DNA of 64,000 bases, taken from the NCBI GenBank assembly GCA_041690135.1, contig JAWLHY010000003.1, positions 224,001-288,000 of the forward strand, in the 5' to 3' direction. A program made the position numbers and the translations under genes. Every line of letters begins with the position of its first letter. Position 1 is the first letter of the stretch. The stretch is from Armatimonadota bacterium (GTDB taxonomy: Bacteria > Armatimonadota > SYMT01). The notes beneath the pieces are model-generated. The model searched no databases and had not been told where the DNA came from. It saw only the letters and a program-made list of their open reading frames with translations. Positions 37,127-46,311 of the stretch are shown here, in pieces.

Positions 37127-40093
37127 TTACTTCGGATCGACTTCGAACGTTACGGCTGAAAGCGCCGGCCAGCAGCCACCCTGCGGCGAGCGGAACACGG
37201 CCCGGTACCGCACCCACCGCGCGCCGGCGGGGAGTGCCACGGTATCGCCGCGGCCTGCGTAGAAACTGTTGGTCCCGTTCGGTCCCCGCCATTCGGCGCG
37301 GGCCAGACCTTCGCGGGTTTCGGCGGCGGCCACCTGGAACTCGACCCGGCTCCCACCCGGTGTTTGCGCCTCCGCCGTCAGTCGCAGGGTGCGCGCGGTG
37401 CCCGGCAGCTCCAGCGGCGCCGAGTGGTACTCTTCCGACAACTCGCGGGTGAAGAGGTTGCCGGGGTCTTCCGCCCGCGAGAACTGCGGCCCGAGCGTGG
37501 GGAGGGCGGTCTTCCGGTCGCTGGAGAACCCTTCGGGGCCGTTCCAGAACACGAACGACTCGGCGCTGTGGTCCCCCTCTTTCAGGTGGTTGCGGGCGAT
37601 GATCTCCCGGTAGCCGTCCCCGTTGAGGTCCAGCAGTTCCACCCCGGAGAAGGAGCCGCTTCCCAGGGCGGTGCGGCGCGTGTCCGAATGCCGTCCCTGC
37701 GCGTCGCCCCAGTAGATCAGCACCGGCAGCGACCGGCTGCTGTTGGACAACACGTTGTTGATGACCACGTCGAGGTGGCCGTCCCGGTTCAGGTCCGCGA
37801 TGGCCAGCTCATCCGCCGTAAAGTGCCGGAGCGTGGAGAGCGGTTTCGGATCGATGGTGCCGTCCGCTCGACCCCGGAAGGTCTGGGTCGTCGTTTCCCG
37901 GCTGCGGGTCTTCAGGTCGACCGAGCCGGAGAAGAGCCAGTCGAGGACGCCATCGCCGTCCAGGTCCGCCAGCTTGAGTTGTCCGGTGGGGGTCTGGCGC
38001 ACCTCGCACCGGTCGGCGGCGTAGCCTTCCGCGCTGCCCCGGAAGATGTGCGTCTTGCCGTAGCCGTGGTCCGAGGCCAGCACTTCGAGGAACCCGTCCC
38101 CGTTCAGATCGGCGACGGAGCACATCAGGGAGCCGGAGGTCTTCAGCGGAAGCTCCGTCCGGCGCCCGCCAGCAAACCGCCGCCCGTCGCCCCAAAAGAT
38201 GTGGAGGCTACCGTTCTCCCGCAGCCAGTTGGGTGTGGCGGAGTAGACCAGGTCGAGGTGCCCGTCCCGGTTCAGGTCCGCCGCGCAGAGCCCGTAGGCG
38301 ACCTTGACCGGAATCTCCGTTTTGCTCTTTTCGGAGAGACCCTCTTTCCCGCCCCAGAAGACAGAGGAAGTGTCCCCATACGAGTCGGCAAACGCCACGT
38401 CCACGAACCCGTCCGCGTCCAGATCGGCCGCGCAGTAGCCGTAGGCCCCGTTCGTCGGCAGGTTGGTCATGCCGGCGGTCGAGTAATGGTGGTGCGGGTT
38501 GCCCCAGTAGACCGTGGAGTTGACCTTGCCGCCCTGCGTGCCGCTTTCGCGGTTCGTGAAGACGACCTCGGGGTGCCCGTCCCGGTTCAGGTCGTGCAGC
38601 AGGACGTTCGAGGCGCCGAAGCTGGTGAGATCGGTCCGCAGGTAGGGAGCGAAACCGGTCTTGCTGCCCCAGTAGACGTAGGAAGGGAGATCGTGCGTGC
38701 GGCCGTCGCGGGCATTGGAGAACACGAGATCCGGCCAGCCGTCCCGGTTCAGGTCGGCCGCGTCGACGCCAGTCGCGCCCAGGGTCGGCAGCGCCGCGCG
38801 CCGGCCGGGATCGAATCCGCTCTTGCCGCCGAAATAGACCAGGGAATCGACCTTCGTCGTGCCGCCCGTGCCGATGCAGGAGAACGCCAGGTCCGGCCAG
38901 CCGTCCTTGTTCAGGTCGGCCGCCACGGAATGGGTGCCGCCGTTCGTCGGAAGCGCCCGCGGGTGCTCCCAGTCGGGACCGCCCGACTTGCCCGGATAGA
39001 CGTAGGCGTAGTTGGAAGCCGGATCGGCGGCCTTGATCACCTCATCCAGCAGGACCGCGCTGCCCACCACGCCGGTGGTAACGATCACTTCCGGGTGGCC
39101 GTCCTTATCCAGGTCCGCGGCGCGGACTCCCGTCGGGCCTTTCACGCGGACCTGCAGTTGTCGCTTGCGGCTGTAGCGTTCCGGCTCCCGCGCGTCGGCG
39201 TAGAAGACTCGCACGCCGCCCCCCTCCCGGCTGTGGGCGAATGCCAGGTCCGGCGCCCCATCGCCGTTCAGGTCTCCCGTTTCCACCCCCACGGCGCCCG
39301 CCACGGGTACCGCGGTCCGGCGAGAGACGGAGAACCCATCCGGGTGGCCCCAGTAGATCCACGATTCGTCCGGGAAGCTGCCGTATTCCCCGGGCTCCGG
39401 GTCCACCCCAAAGTTGGCGAAGACCAGGTCGGTGAGCCCGTCGGCGTTCAGGTCCGCGGCCTTCACGTCCGGGGCACGCAGGGTCGGCAGCTCGCTGAAG
39501 CGGGTGGGGGAGAAGCCCTCGTCGCTCCCCCAGTAGATCCGGGCCGCGCGCCGCTCGGGGAAGTCGGTGTAGTTGCAGAAGACGAGGTCCGGATGGCCGT
39601 CGTTGTTCAGGTCCGCCGCGGCGGAACGCCCGCTCCCGAATGCTGGCAGGCGCGTTACCCCGGCCTGGCGGCTCGGGAGTTCCCGGAACAGCAGGGTCGC
39701 CTGCGGCAGCTCGGCGGCGCGGTCCGGCAGCAGCGAGCGCGGGCCGGTCGCCGAGCCCCAGTAGACGAGGGCGTCGACCCACATCCGCATGTTGTGGTCC
39801 GCGCCGAAGACCAGGTCGGGGTAACCGTCCTGGTTCAGGTCCCAGCGGTTGACCACTTCCACGGCGCCCTGGGAAGAAACGTAGAGGTTCGCCGCCGAGT
39901 TGCCGAACGACCCCTTCCGGAAGTCGGCGGCGGAAGTGTGTGCGATCCGCGCCGGCTCCGCGCCGTGCGACCGTTTTCCGGAAGCCGCGGAGACAAGCCC
40001 CACGAGGGTGAGCGTCAGAATTCCCGTGGTGACTCCACGGGAAGGCCGCCGGCGGCTCCGGCGGGGGTCCGTCAGTTGTTGGCCGACCATCAT
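37127..40093 (-). CDS. Secreted FG-GAP/VCBS repeat protein, paralog of 30325-33069
   Basis: Signal peptide; many ADLNxDGxPDL repeats; shared N-terminal FGN..NLYVS and shared C-terminal domain. Confidence 0.9.
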   Translation of the reverse strand: MMVGQQLTDPRRSRRRPSRGVTTGILTLTLVGLVSAASGKRSHGAEPARIAHTSAADFRKGSFGNSAANLYVSSQGAVEVVNRWDLNQDGYPDLVFGADHNMRMWVDALVYWGSATGPRSLLPDRAAELPQATLLFRELPSRQAGVTRLPAFGSGRSAAADLNNDGHPDLVFCNYTDFPERRAARIYWGSDEGFSPTRFSELPTLRAPDVKAADLNADGLTDLVFANFGVDPEPGEYGSFPDESWIYWGHPDGFSVSRRTAVPVAGAVGVETGDLNGDGAPDLAFAHSREGGGVRVFYADAREPERYSRKRQLQVRVKGPTGVRAADLDKDGHPEVIVTTGVVGSAVLLDEVIKAADPASNYAYVYPGKSGGPDWEHPRALPTNGGTHSVAADLNKDGWPDLAFSCIGTGGTTKVDSLVYFGGKSGFDPGRRAALPTLGATGVDAADLNRDGWPDLVFSNARDGRTHDLPSYVYWGSKTGFAPYLRTDLTSFGASNVLLHDLNRDGHPEVVFTNRESGTQGGKVNSTVYWGNPHHHYSTAGMTNLPTNGAYGYCAADLDADGFVDVAFADSYGDTSSVFWGGKEGLSEKSKTEIPVKVAYGLCAADLNRDGHLDLVYSATPNWLRENGSLHIFWGDGRRFAGGRRTELPLKTSGSLMCSVADLNGDGFLEVLASDHGYGKTHIFRGSAEGYAADRCEVRQTPTGQLKLADLDGDGVLDWLFSGSVDLKTRSRETTTQTFRGRADGTIDPKPLSTLRHFTADELAIADLNRDGHLDVVINNVLSNSSRSLPVLIYWGDAQGRHSDTRRTALGSGSFSGVELLDLNGDGYREIIARNHLKEGDHSAESFVFWNGPEGFSSDRKTALPTLGPQFSRAEDPGNLFTRELSEEYHSAPLELPGTARTLRLTAEAQTPGGSRVEFQVAAAETREGLARAEWRGPNGTNSFYAGRGDTVALPAGARWVRYRAVFRSPQGGCWPALSAVTFEVDPK

Positions 40094-40204
40094 CAAGGCA
40101 GTCCCAGGTTCGGGAGCGAATCAATCACTGTCGTTCCGGGCCGAGCAACGGCACCGGATATGGGGTGAAACGCGGGGTCATCCCCAACGGCTCACCCCAT
40201 TCGC

Positions 40205-40435
40205 CTAGCGTGGCTGCACCGGGGCTCCGGCATAGGGGGCACCCGGCTGGACCGGCGCACCCCCATATTGACCTCCCGGTGGGGCGGCCGGAGCTCCAAC
40301 TCTTGGGCCGACGTTGCCGGGGATCGGTGGGGGCGGAATCGCTACCGGAGTGCGCGAAGCCGCCCGGTTACATCCGCCCGCCAGTAGTATCAACAGGGTT
40401 GCGGTCGTCACTCTACTCCACTTCCGGGATCCCAT
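40205..40435 (-). CDS. Small Pro/Gly-rich putative lipoprotein
   Basis: TLLILLAGGC lipobox-like sequence; directly downstream of the DUF1559 gene; GAPVQP repeated twice. Confidence 0.6.
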   Translation of the reverse strand: MGSRKWSRVTTATLLILLAGGCNRAASRTPVAIPPPPIPGNVGPRVGAPAAPPGGQYGGAPVQPGAPYAGAPVQPR

Positions 40436-40468
40436 CGGAGCCGTCCTCTTCCTTTCCAAAGAGCCTAT

Positions 40469-41227
40469 TTAGGGACTCGTGTCCATGATCGTGGTCCAGT
40501 AGGCGCGGGAGCTGGCGGTCGCCGGATTGGGAACGATCCGCTCCTTCTTCATCCACTTGCCGTGGCCGTCACAGAACACCACGTTTACCCCGCCCTGGTG
40601 GCGCACATCCGCCGCGCCCGCCACGAGCGAGCCCGTATCCGTGCCGGTGAACCAGGGCAACCCACCCCCCTGGTAATCGCTAGCCCAGAAGTAGCCGAGG
40701 ATGTCCACCCACATCACCTTGTCCGCGGGGCGCGGCATAGCGGCGAGAGAGACCGGTGGTTCCGCGGGCCAGGCATTCTGGTTCATGCTGGCGATCCCAT
40801 GGGCGCCACCATTGCCCGCGTAGGAGCAGTTGTAGCCGTAAGAGGTCCCTGGCGCATCGTTGCCCTGATACCCGGCGTACCGGATGCCGCTCGGCTGCTG
40901 ATCACTGGGACACTTGAAGATCATCAGGTTCTTGCAGTAGGGCTGTACCAGGTTGTGCGCGTTCTGGATGTAGGTGCCTCCCTGCCCGTACCAATAGTAC
41001 TGGGGCGGGGTATTGCTGACCCGGTAGGTGGTGGGCCAGCACTCGTCGTGGTCCTGCACGTACATCATCGTGGCGGTGCCGATCTGCTTCAGGTTGCTGA
41101 GACAGGAAGCTTTGCGGGCCGCCTCGCGGGCCTGGGCGAACACCGGGAAAAGAATTGCCGCAAGTATCGCAATGATTGCGATCACGACGAGAAGCTCGAT
41201 GAGTGTGAATCCCCTCTTCCGCAGCAT
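40469..41227 (-). CDS. DUF1559 prepilin-type protein with H-X9-DG motif
   Basis: [30 protein letters not shown]; [14 protein letters not shown]; AGGAGG RBS. Confidence 0.94.
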   Translation of the reverse strand: MLRKRGFTLIELLVVIAIIAILAAILFPVFAQAREAARKASCLSNLKQIGTATMMYVQDHDECWPTTYRVSNTPPQYYWYGQGGTYIQNAHNLVQPYCKNLMIFKCPSDQQPSGIRYAGYQGNDAPGTSYGYNCSYAGNGGAHGIASMNQNAWPAEPPVSLAAMPRPADKVMWVDILGYFWASDYQGGGLPWFTGTDTGSLVAGAADVRHQGGVNVVFCDGHGKWMKKERIVPNPATASSRAYWTTIMDTSP

Positions 41228-41299
41228 TTTCGTACCTCCTTCGCAGGTCGGTGCAGGTAGGACTGGAAACCAGGACCGGTGCTACCTGCACCTCCGATC

Positions 41300-41998
41300 C
41301 TAGGCCCGGGGCGAACGCATCCGGGCGACGTAAGGTTCGATCTGCTCGTAACCACCGCGCACGTGCCGGCGGCCGGCCTCTTCGGCCCGTTCCGGGTCGC
41401 GCGATTTCAATGCTTCGACCAATTCGGCGTGGACGCCGGACGGTCCCAATTCCATCGGTATGCTCAACTCGGGCGGAAACATCGTGTTGTCGATCGTCAG
41501 CAGCACGCACGCCGAGTTTTCGATCAGGCGGAACAGCTCGCTGGAACGGGACGCGCGGGCGATGTGGAAGTGCAACTGCTCGTCCGTAGCCCGGCACCGT
41601 TCCAGGCTGCCGGAACGGACCGCCGCCTCAAACTCCTCGTTATAGGCCTCCAGCATCGCCAGGTCCGTCAGCGTGGCCCGCTGCGCGAAGAAGCGGCAGG
41701 CCACTCCTTCCAGGGCGGAGCGCATCATATAGATTTCTTCGATCTCTTCCGGCTGCCATCGCCGCACGTGGGTTCCCACCCCCGGCGTGGTGACCAGCAG
41801 TCCCTCTCCTTCCAGGCGCCGGAGCGCGTCGATGATGGGGATGGTGCTGGTGCCCATCCGGCTCGCCAGTTTCCGCTGGACCAGCCGCGTTCCGGGGGCA
41901 ATCTGCCCCGCCGCGATGTCTCCGCGCAGCCGTCGATACACGGTCTCGTGTGCCGTTAACACTCCTTCGGATGAACTCTCTTCTACTGCTTCAGTCAT
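41300..41998 (-). CDS. GntR-family (FadR/FCD) transcriptional regulator
   Basis: N-terminal wHTH (YRRLRGDI..G.IAPGTRL...LA..MGTS..PI.DALRRLEGEGLL); FCD domain with HFHIA and H..LVEAL. Confidence 0.93.
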   Translation of the reverse strand: MTEAVEESSSEGVLTAHETVYRRLRGDIAAGQIAPGTRLVQRKLASRMGTSTIPIIDALRRLEGEGLLVTTPGVGTHVRRWQPEEIEEIYMMRSALEGVACRFFAQRATLTDLAMLEAYNEEFEAAVRSGSLERCRATDEQLHFHIARASRSSELFRLIENSACVLLTIDNTMFPPELSIPMELGPSGVHAELVEALKSRDPERAEEAGRRHVRGGYEQIEPYVARMRSPRA

Positions 41999-42019
41999 GA
42001 ATGGATCCCGGCGTTGGGT

Positions 42020-42040
42020 TTGCTATACTTGCTATAGCAA
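42020..42040. promoter_or_regulatory. Putative GntR operator (site 2, autoregulatory position)
   Basis: ttgctata-cttgc-tatagcaa, about 22 bp upstream of the GntR start. Confidence 0.75.
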
Positions 42041-42210
42041 CTTTTCGACAGCCTCGGCTAACCTTCCTTCTCTTCGTGGGAATTTTTTCATCCGGGAGGA
42101 TGAGGCGCTCTGCCGAGCCGGGGATGAGCGGAGAGGCTTGGCTCTCCAGTTTCATCTTACCGGCCCTGTGTTACGCCCTCGTTACAGTCGGCTGAACTCT
42201 TTGTAACGGC

Positions 42211-43320
42211 TCACGGCTCAATCCGCAGCCGCGTGCTGCGCGCCACCAGTTGCTGGTCTTCCATACACCAGTATGAGACCAGCACAGTATCCTCGGAGAG
42301 ACGGAGCGGCATGGGGAAGCCGAACCGGAAGTGGTTGATCTCGCCCACCACGGTATCGGACTGCCGGGTGGAGCGCATCGGCTGGCCCCAGACGACGATC
42401 TCGTTCTCCACCTGCCAGTTCTCCGGCGTGAGCCGGACCAGGGCGGCACGGACTCCCGGCTCGCCGTGGCGGTGGTTGTAAACGCAGAGCAGCCGGTCGC
42501 CGCCCAGCCAGAGGGGAGTACAGGTCTGCCCGGGGAGCCCGGTCGAACGGCGCTGCTCGAACCCCCAGCCGTTCTCCGCGATGGCGAACTGGTTCGGGAG
42601 GTCCTGCCCCGTCTCGTGGTCGTGGCTCCATGCCACCGCGAGCAGGCGGCCTCCATCCAGCTCGATGATCCGCTGCTCCCAGAAGGTCACCCGCTCGGAG
42701 GGGTCCGAGAAGATGGTGATCATCTCCGGCCAGGTGCGGCCCTCGTCCATGGAGACCATCGCCAGGGCGCGCTCTGGGGTCAGCTTGGTGCCTTCCCAAT
42801 TGCGCCAGGTGGAGAACGGCGCCAGCCAGCGGCCGTCCGAGAGCACCACGATAGGGGAGGCAATTTCATAGGGCCCCGGCAGGGGGATGGGGATCACTTC
42901 CGGCGCGCTCCAGGTGCGGCCCTCGTCTTGCGAGCGGTAGAAGATCGCCTCGCAGTCCAGGAAGCCGTTCGTCTCGGCGTTGCCGATGGGGCGTTCCGGG
43001 TCGGAGCGGTCGAGCCGCGGCCCATAGCAGAGGATCTCGCCGGCTGGAGTGCGGGAGAGGCGGCCCGTTTCGGAGGTCGGGAACGGGGTGGCCCCGCGGG
43101 GGATGGGCCCCTCCCACTTCCAGGTCCGGCCTTCGTCCGTGGAGCGGGCCAGTTCGGTCCGCCCGTCGACGCTTTCGAAGGCCTCCCCCGCGGTGAACGC
43201 CGCCAGCAGGTCGCCGGAGGGCACCCGCACCACGGTGGGGAAGATCGCCTGCCGGCTCCGCAGGTGCGGCATCGGGTTGGCGTAGATCAAACTGCTTTCG
43301 AGGATCTCTAGAGACGACAT
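42211..43320 (-). CDS. BNR/sialidase-fold protein without a signal peptide
   Basis: RSTDEGRTW, RSQDEGRTW and SMDEGRTW Asp-boxes; FP motif near the N-terminus. Confidence 0.88.
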   Translation of the reverse strand: MSSLEILESSLIYANPMPHLRSRQAIFPTVVRVPSGDLLAAFTAGEAFESVDGRTELARSTDEGRTWKWEGPIPRGATPFPTSETGRLSRTPAGEILCYGPRLDRSDPERPIGNAETNGFLDCEAIFYRSQDEGRTWSAPEVIPIPLPGPYEIASPIVVLSDGRWLAPFSTWRNWEGTKLTPERALAMVSMDEGRTWPEMITIFSDPSERVTFWEQRIIELDGGRLLAVAWSHDHETGQDLPNQFAIAENGWGFEQRRSTGLPGQTCTPLWLGGDRLLCVYNHRHGEPGVRAALVRLTPENWQVENEIVVWGQPMRSTRQSDTVVGEINHFRFGFPMPLRLSEDTVLVSYWCMEDQQLVARSTRLRIEP

Positions 43321-43330
43321 GGGACCACTC

Positions 43331-44377
43331 CTATACTTGGGCCAGGGGGAGAGAGACCGAACGGCCGGTGCGGGCGGAAACCAGGCAGGCCTCGCAGATT
43401 TCGACGGCGGCCCGCCCTTCCCGGCCGCCCACGCGCGGCGGCCGCGCTTCCCGGATGCTGTCGACGAACTCTTGAATGACCCCGATATGGGGTTCCAGCC
43501 GGATGGGCGACCGGGGCTCTTTGAAGTAGTCGAACCGCTGGGGCGTGAATACCCGCTCCCACTTTTCGCCCTTGCCCAGGTCGAGGTACTCGAAGTTCTC
43601 GAAGTCGAGCATGCCCTCGGTCCCGACGACCTGGAACCGGACCTCGCTGCTGGGGAAGGACGGAGACGGCAATTCCGCGGAGATCAGCATGTGCGCCATC
43701 ACGCCGCCTTCGAAGGCGATCTGTGCCATCACCGTCTGTGCCGGCACGCCCACGTCGCTGAAGGTGTTCACCTGGGCGAACACGTGCGTGGCGGAGGCGC
43801 CGGTGAGCCACCGCAGGAAATCCGTGTTGTGGGAGGCGATGCCCATGAACAGCCCGCCCCCCGCCGGGTCCGCGTACCAGGGCCGGCTCTCCAGGATCTG
43901 GCGACCCACGGGGGCGGGAAAGGCCGAAGTGGTGCGCAGCATACAGACCCGGCCGATGGTGCCGTCGTCGATCAGGCGCTTCGCGTTCCGGGTGAGGCGC
44001 CGGTAGCGTTCCGTCTTCACCACCGCCAGGTTCACGCCGGCCGCGTCGCAGGCCGCGATGATCTCGTCGCACTGCGCCACGGTGGGGGCCATCGGCTTCT
44101 CGATCAGTACGTGCTTCCCCGCGGCGGCGGCGAGGAGGGCTTGATCGCGGTGGGTCTGGTCCGGCGTGGCGAGGACGACCGCATCCACGTCCGGCCGCGC
44201 CAGGAGCTCCTCCAGCGACGCCGCGGCTTGCACGCCGAACTCCTCGGCCAGCTCCGGCGCGCGGCGCCCGCCCGCCACCGCCGCCAGGCGTGCTCCGCTG
44301 ACGTGCTTTGCGATCGACTCCGCATAGGTGAGGCCCATGAAGCCCGAGCCGACCATCCCGATTCCCACGGTGTCCAT
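43331..44377 (-). CDS. Gfo/Idh/MocA NAD-dependent oxidoreductase
   Basis: GMVGSGFMG, AGKHVLIEKPMA, GGGLFM..ASHNTD motifs. Confidence 0.93.
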   Translation of the reverse strand: MDTVGIGMVGSGFMGLTYAESIAKHVSGARLAAVAGGRRAPELAEEFGVQAAASLEELLARPDVDAVVLATPDQTHRDQALLAAAAGKHVLIEKPMAPTVAQCDEIIAACDAAGVNLAVVKTERYRRLTRNAKRLIDDGTIGRVCMLRTTSAFPAPVGRQILESRPWYADPAGGGLFMGIASHNTDFLRWLTGASATHVFAQVNTFSDVGVPAQTVMAQIAFEGGVMAHMLISAELPSPSFPSSEVRFQVVGTEGMLDFENFEYLDLGKGEKWERVFTPQRFDYFKEPRSPIRLEPHIGVIQEFVDSIREARPPRVGGREGRAAVEICEACLVSARTGRSVSLPLAQV

Positions 44378-44382
44378 GTCTG

Positions 44383-45285
44383 TCAGCCTTTCACGGCGCC
44401 CAGTGTGACGCCCTTGACGAAGTAGCCCTGGAAGGCGAGAAAGATGACCAGCATCGGCAGGAACGCGAAGGTGGCGCCGGCCATCGCGACGCCCAGGTCG
44501 AAGGTGGTGAGGCTGCTGACCAGCTTGGAGACACCCACCGGCAGGGTGAGCATGTCCTCCCGGTTCACGATGATGAGCTGCCAGAGGTACTCGTTCCAGC
44601 CCCCCACGAAGGCGAAGATCGCCACCGCCCCGACCGCCGGCTTGAGAATCGGCAGCACCACCCGGGAGAAGACCTGCAGCTCCCCGGCGCCGTCGACCTG
44701 CGCCGCGTCCAGCAGTTCCTGCGGCAGCCCCCGCGCGAACTGGCGGATGAGGAAGATCCCGAACGGATAGCAGAGGAACGGGACGATGAGCCCCTGGTAG
44801 GTGTCGAACCACTGGAATTGGCGCATCAACATCGCCAGCGGCACGAGCGCCACCTCGCGGGGCAGGATCATCGTGGCGATGATGAGGACGAAGAAGAGCT
44901 TCCGGCCCGGAAACTCCTTACGGGCCAGGGCGTAGCCGGCCATGGAGCTGGTCGCCACCGCCCCGGCGGCGATTCCTCCGGCCACGCACAGGCTGTTGAG
45001 GAACCACCGGAGGGCCGGCTTGCTGCCGAAGAAGAGCTTCCGGTAGTTTTCGAGGGTGGGGGAGGAAGGCCAGAGCTCCGGGGGCACGCTCATCGCGTTC
45101 TGCTGAAGCTTCAGCGACCCGGTGATCATCCAGTAAAGCGGCAGGAGCGAGGCGACCGCGGCCAGGGTGAGGAGCCCCACGGCGACGAAGTGCCCCAACT
45201 TGCCGAAGTCGAGGCGCCGCTGCGGGGGCCCTCCGGGAAGGGCCACGGCTCGATCCGGATTCAGGACGGGTGCCGGCTGCGCCAC
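44383..45285 (-). CDS. Carbohydrate ABC transporter permease
   Basis: ELLDAAQVDGAG, WNEYLW, GVTLGAVKG; GTG start inferred. Confidence 0.92.
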   Translation of the reverse strand: MAQPAPVLNPDRAVALPGGPPQRRLDFGKLGHFVAVGLLTLAAVASLLPLYWMITGSLKLQQNAMSVPPELWPSSPTLENYRKLFFGSKPALRWFLNSLCVAGGIAAGAVATSSMAGYALARKEFPGRKLFFVLIIATMILPREVALVPLAMLMRQFQWFDTYQGLIVPFLCYPFGIFLIRQFARGLPQELLDAAQVDGAGELQVFSRVVLPILKPAVGAVAIFAFVGGWNEYLWQLIIVNREDMLTLPVGVSKLVSSLTTFDLGVAMAGATFAFLPMLVIFLAFQGYFVKGVTLGAVKG

Positions 45286-45289
45286 GCGG

Positions 45290-46252
45290 TTAGCCCTCCA
45301 ACTCCCGGCCCAGGAGCCGGAACTGCACCAGCGTGATCGCGGCGGCGAACAGGAACAGGACCGTCCCCATCGCCGAGGCGTACCCGAACTGGTAGAAATC
45401 GAAGGCGGTCTCGTAGATCCGGTAGACAAACGTCTGGGTCGCGTTGGCCGGCCCGCCGCGGGTCATCACGATCACCACCACTACCGTCTGCATCACGGCG
45501 ATCGTCTGGGTGACCAGCACGAACAGCAGCGTCGGGCGGAGCAGGGGCAGCGTGATCCGCCAGAGGCGTGCCGCCGGGCCCGCCCCGTCCAGGTGGGCGG
45601 CCTCCATCAACTCCGGTGAGATCGTGCCCAGGCCCGCGAGCATGAGCAGGACCGGCTGCCCCAGGATCCAGGTGAGGACTACCAGCCCCAGCGAGGGGAG
45701 CGCCCACTCTGAGGAGCCGAGCCAGGCGATCCGCGGTCCGCCGGCCAGCCCCAGCAGGTGGTTGAGCAACCCGTAGGTCGGCTGGTAGATCCAGAGCCAC
45801 ACCAGCGACAGCACCACGCCGCTCGCCACGCCGGGCAGGTAGAAGGCCAGGCGGAAGAAGCCCTGTGCCCGCTGCGAGAGCGGAAAGACCACCAGGGAGA
45901 TGGCCAGCCCGAGTAAGGTGGAGAGCGGCGCCACCCCCAGCACCAGTGCCCCGGTGTTTCGCACGGCCTGAAGGAAAGCGGAATCCCCCATGAGCCGCGC
46001 GAAGTTTGCCAGCCCCACGAAGCGCCGGTCTTGCGAAAGACCGGCCTCGAAGAAGCTGAGCAGCAGCCCCTGGGCGAGGGGATAGAGGATGAACAGGCTG
46101 AAGAGCACCAGCGCGGGCGCGGCGAAGAAGAGACCCCAGCGGTCGCGGTACAGTCGCCCGAGAACGCCCGCGAGCAGGCGACGCGCGCGGAGACCGGGGG
46201 CTTTCGCCTCTACCGGTGCCAGGGTTACGCGGGCCTCGGGCAGTTCGCGCAC
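45290..46252 (-). CDS. Carbohydrate ABC transporter permease
   Basis: ELMEAAHLDGAG, MTRGGPANAT, FGYASA; GTG start inferred. Confidence 0.92.
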   Translation of the reverse strand: MRELPEARVTLAPVEAKAPGLRARRLLAGVLGRLYRDRWGLFFAAPALVLFSLFILYPLAQGLLLSFFEAGLSQDRRFVGLANFARLMGDSAFLQAVRNTGALVLGVAPLSTLLGLAISLVVFPLSQRAQGFFRLAFYLPGVASGVVLSLVWLWIYQPTYGLLNHLLGLAGGPRIAWLGSSEWALPSLGLVVLTWILGQPVLLMLAGLGTISPELMEAAHLDGAGPAARLWRITLPLLRPTLLFVLVTQTIAVMQTVVVVIVMTRGGPANATQTFVYRIYETAFDFYQFGYASAMGTVLFLFAAAITLVQFRLLGRELEG

Positions 46253-46311
46253 GTCTTCTCTCCGGTTGGGCCGCCCGGAACCCGCGGGGCTCCGGGCGGC
46301 AGGCGCGTCGG

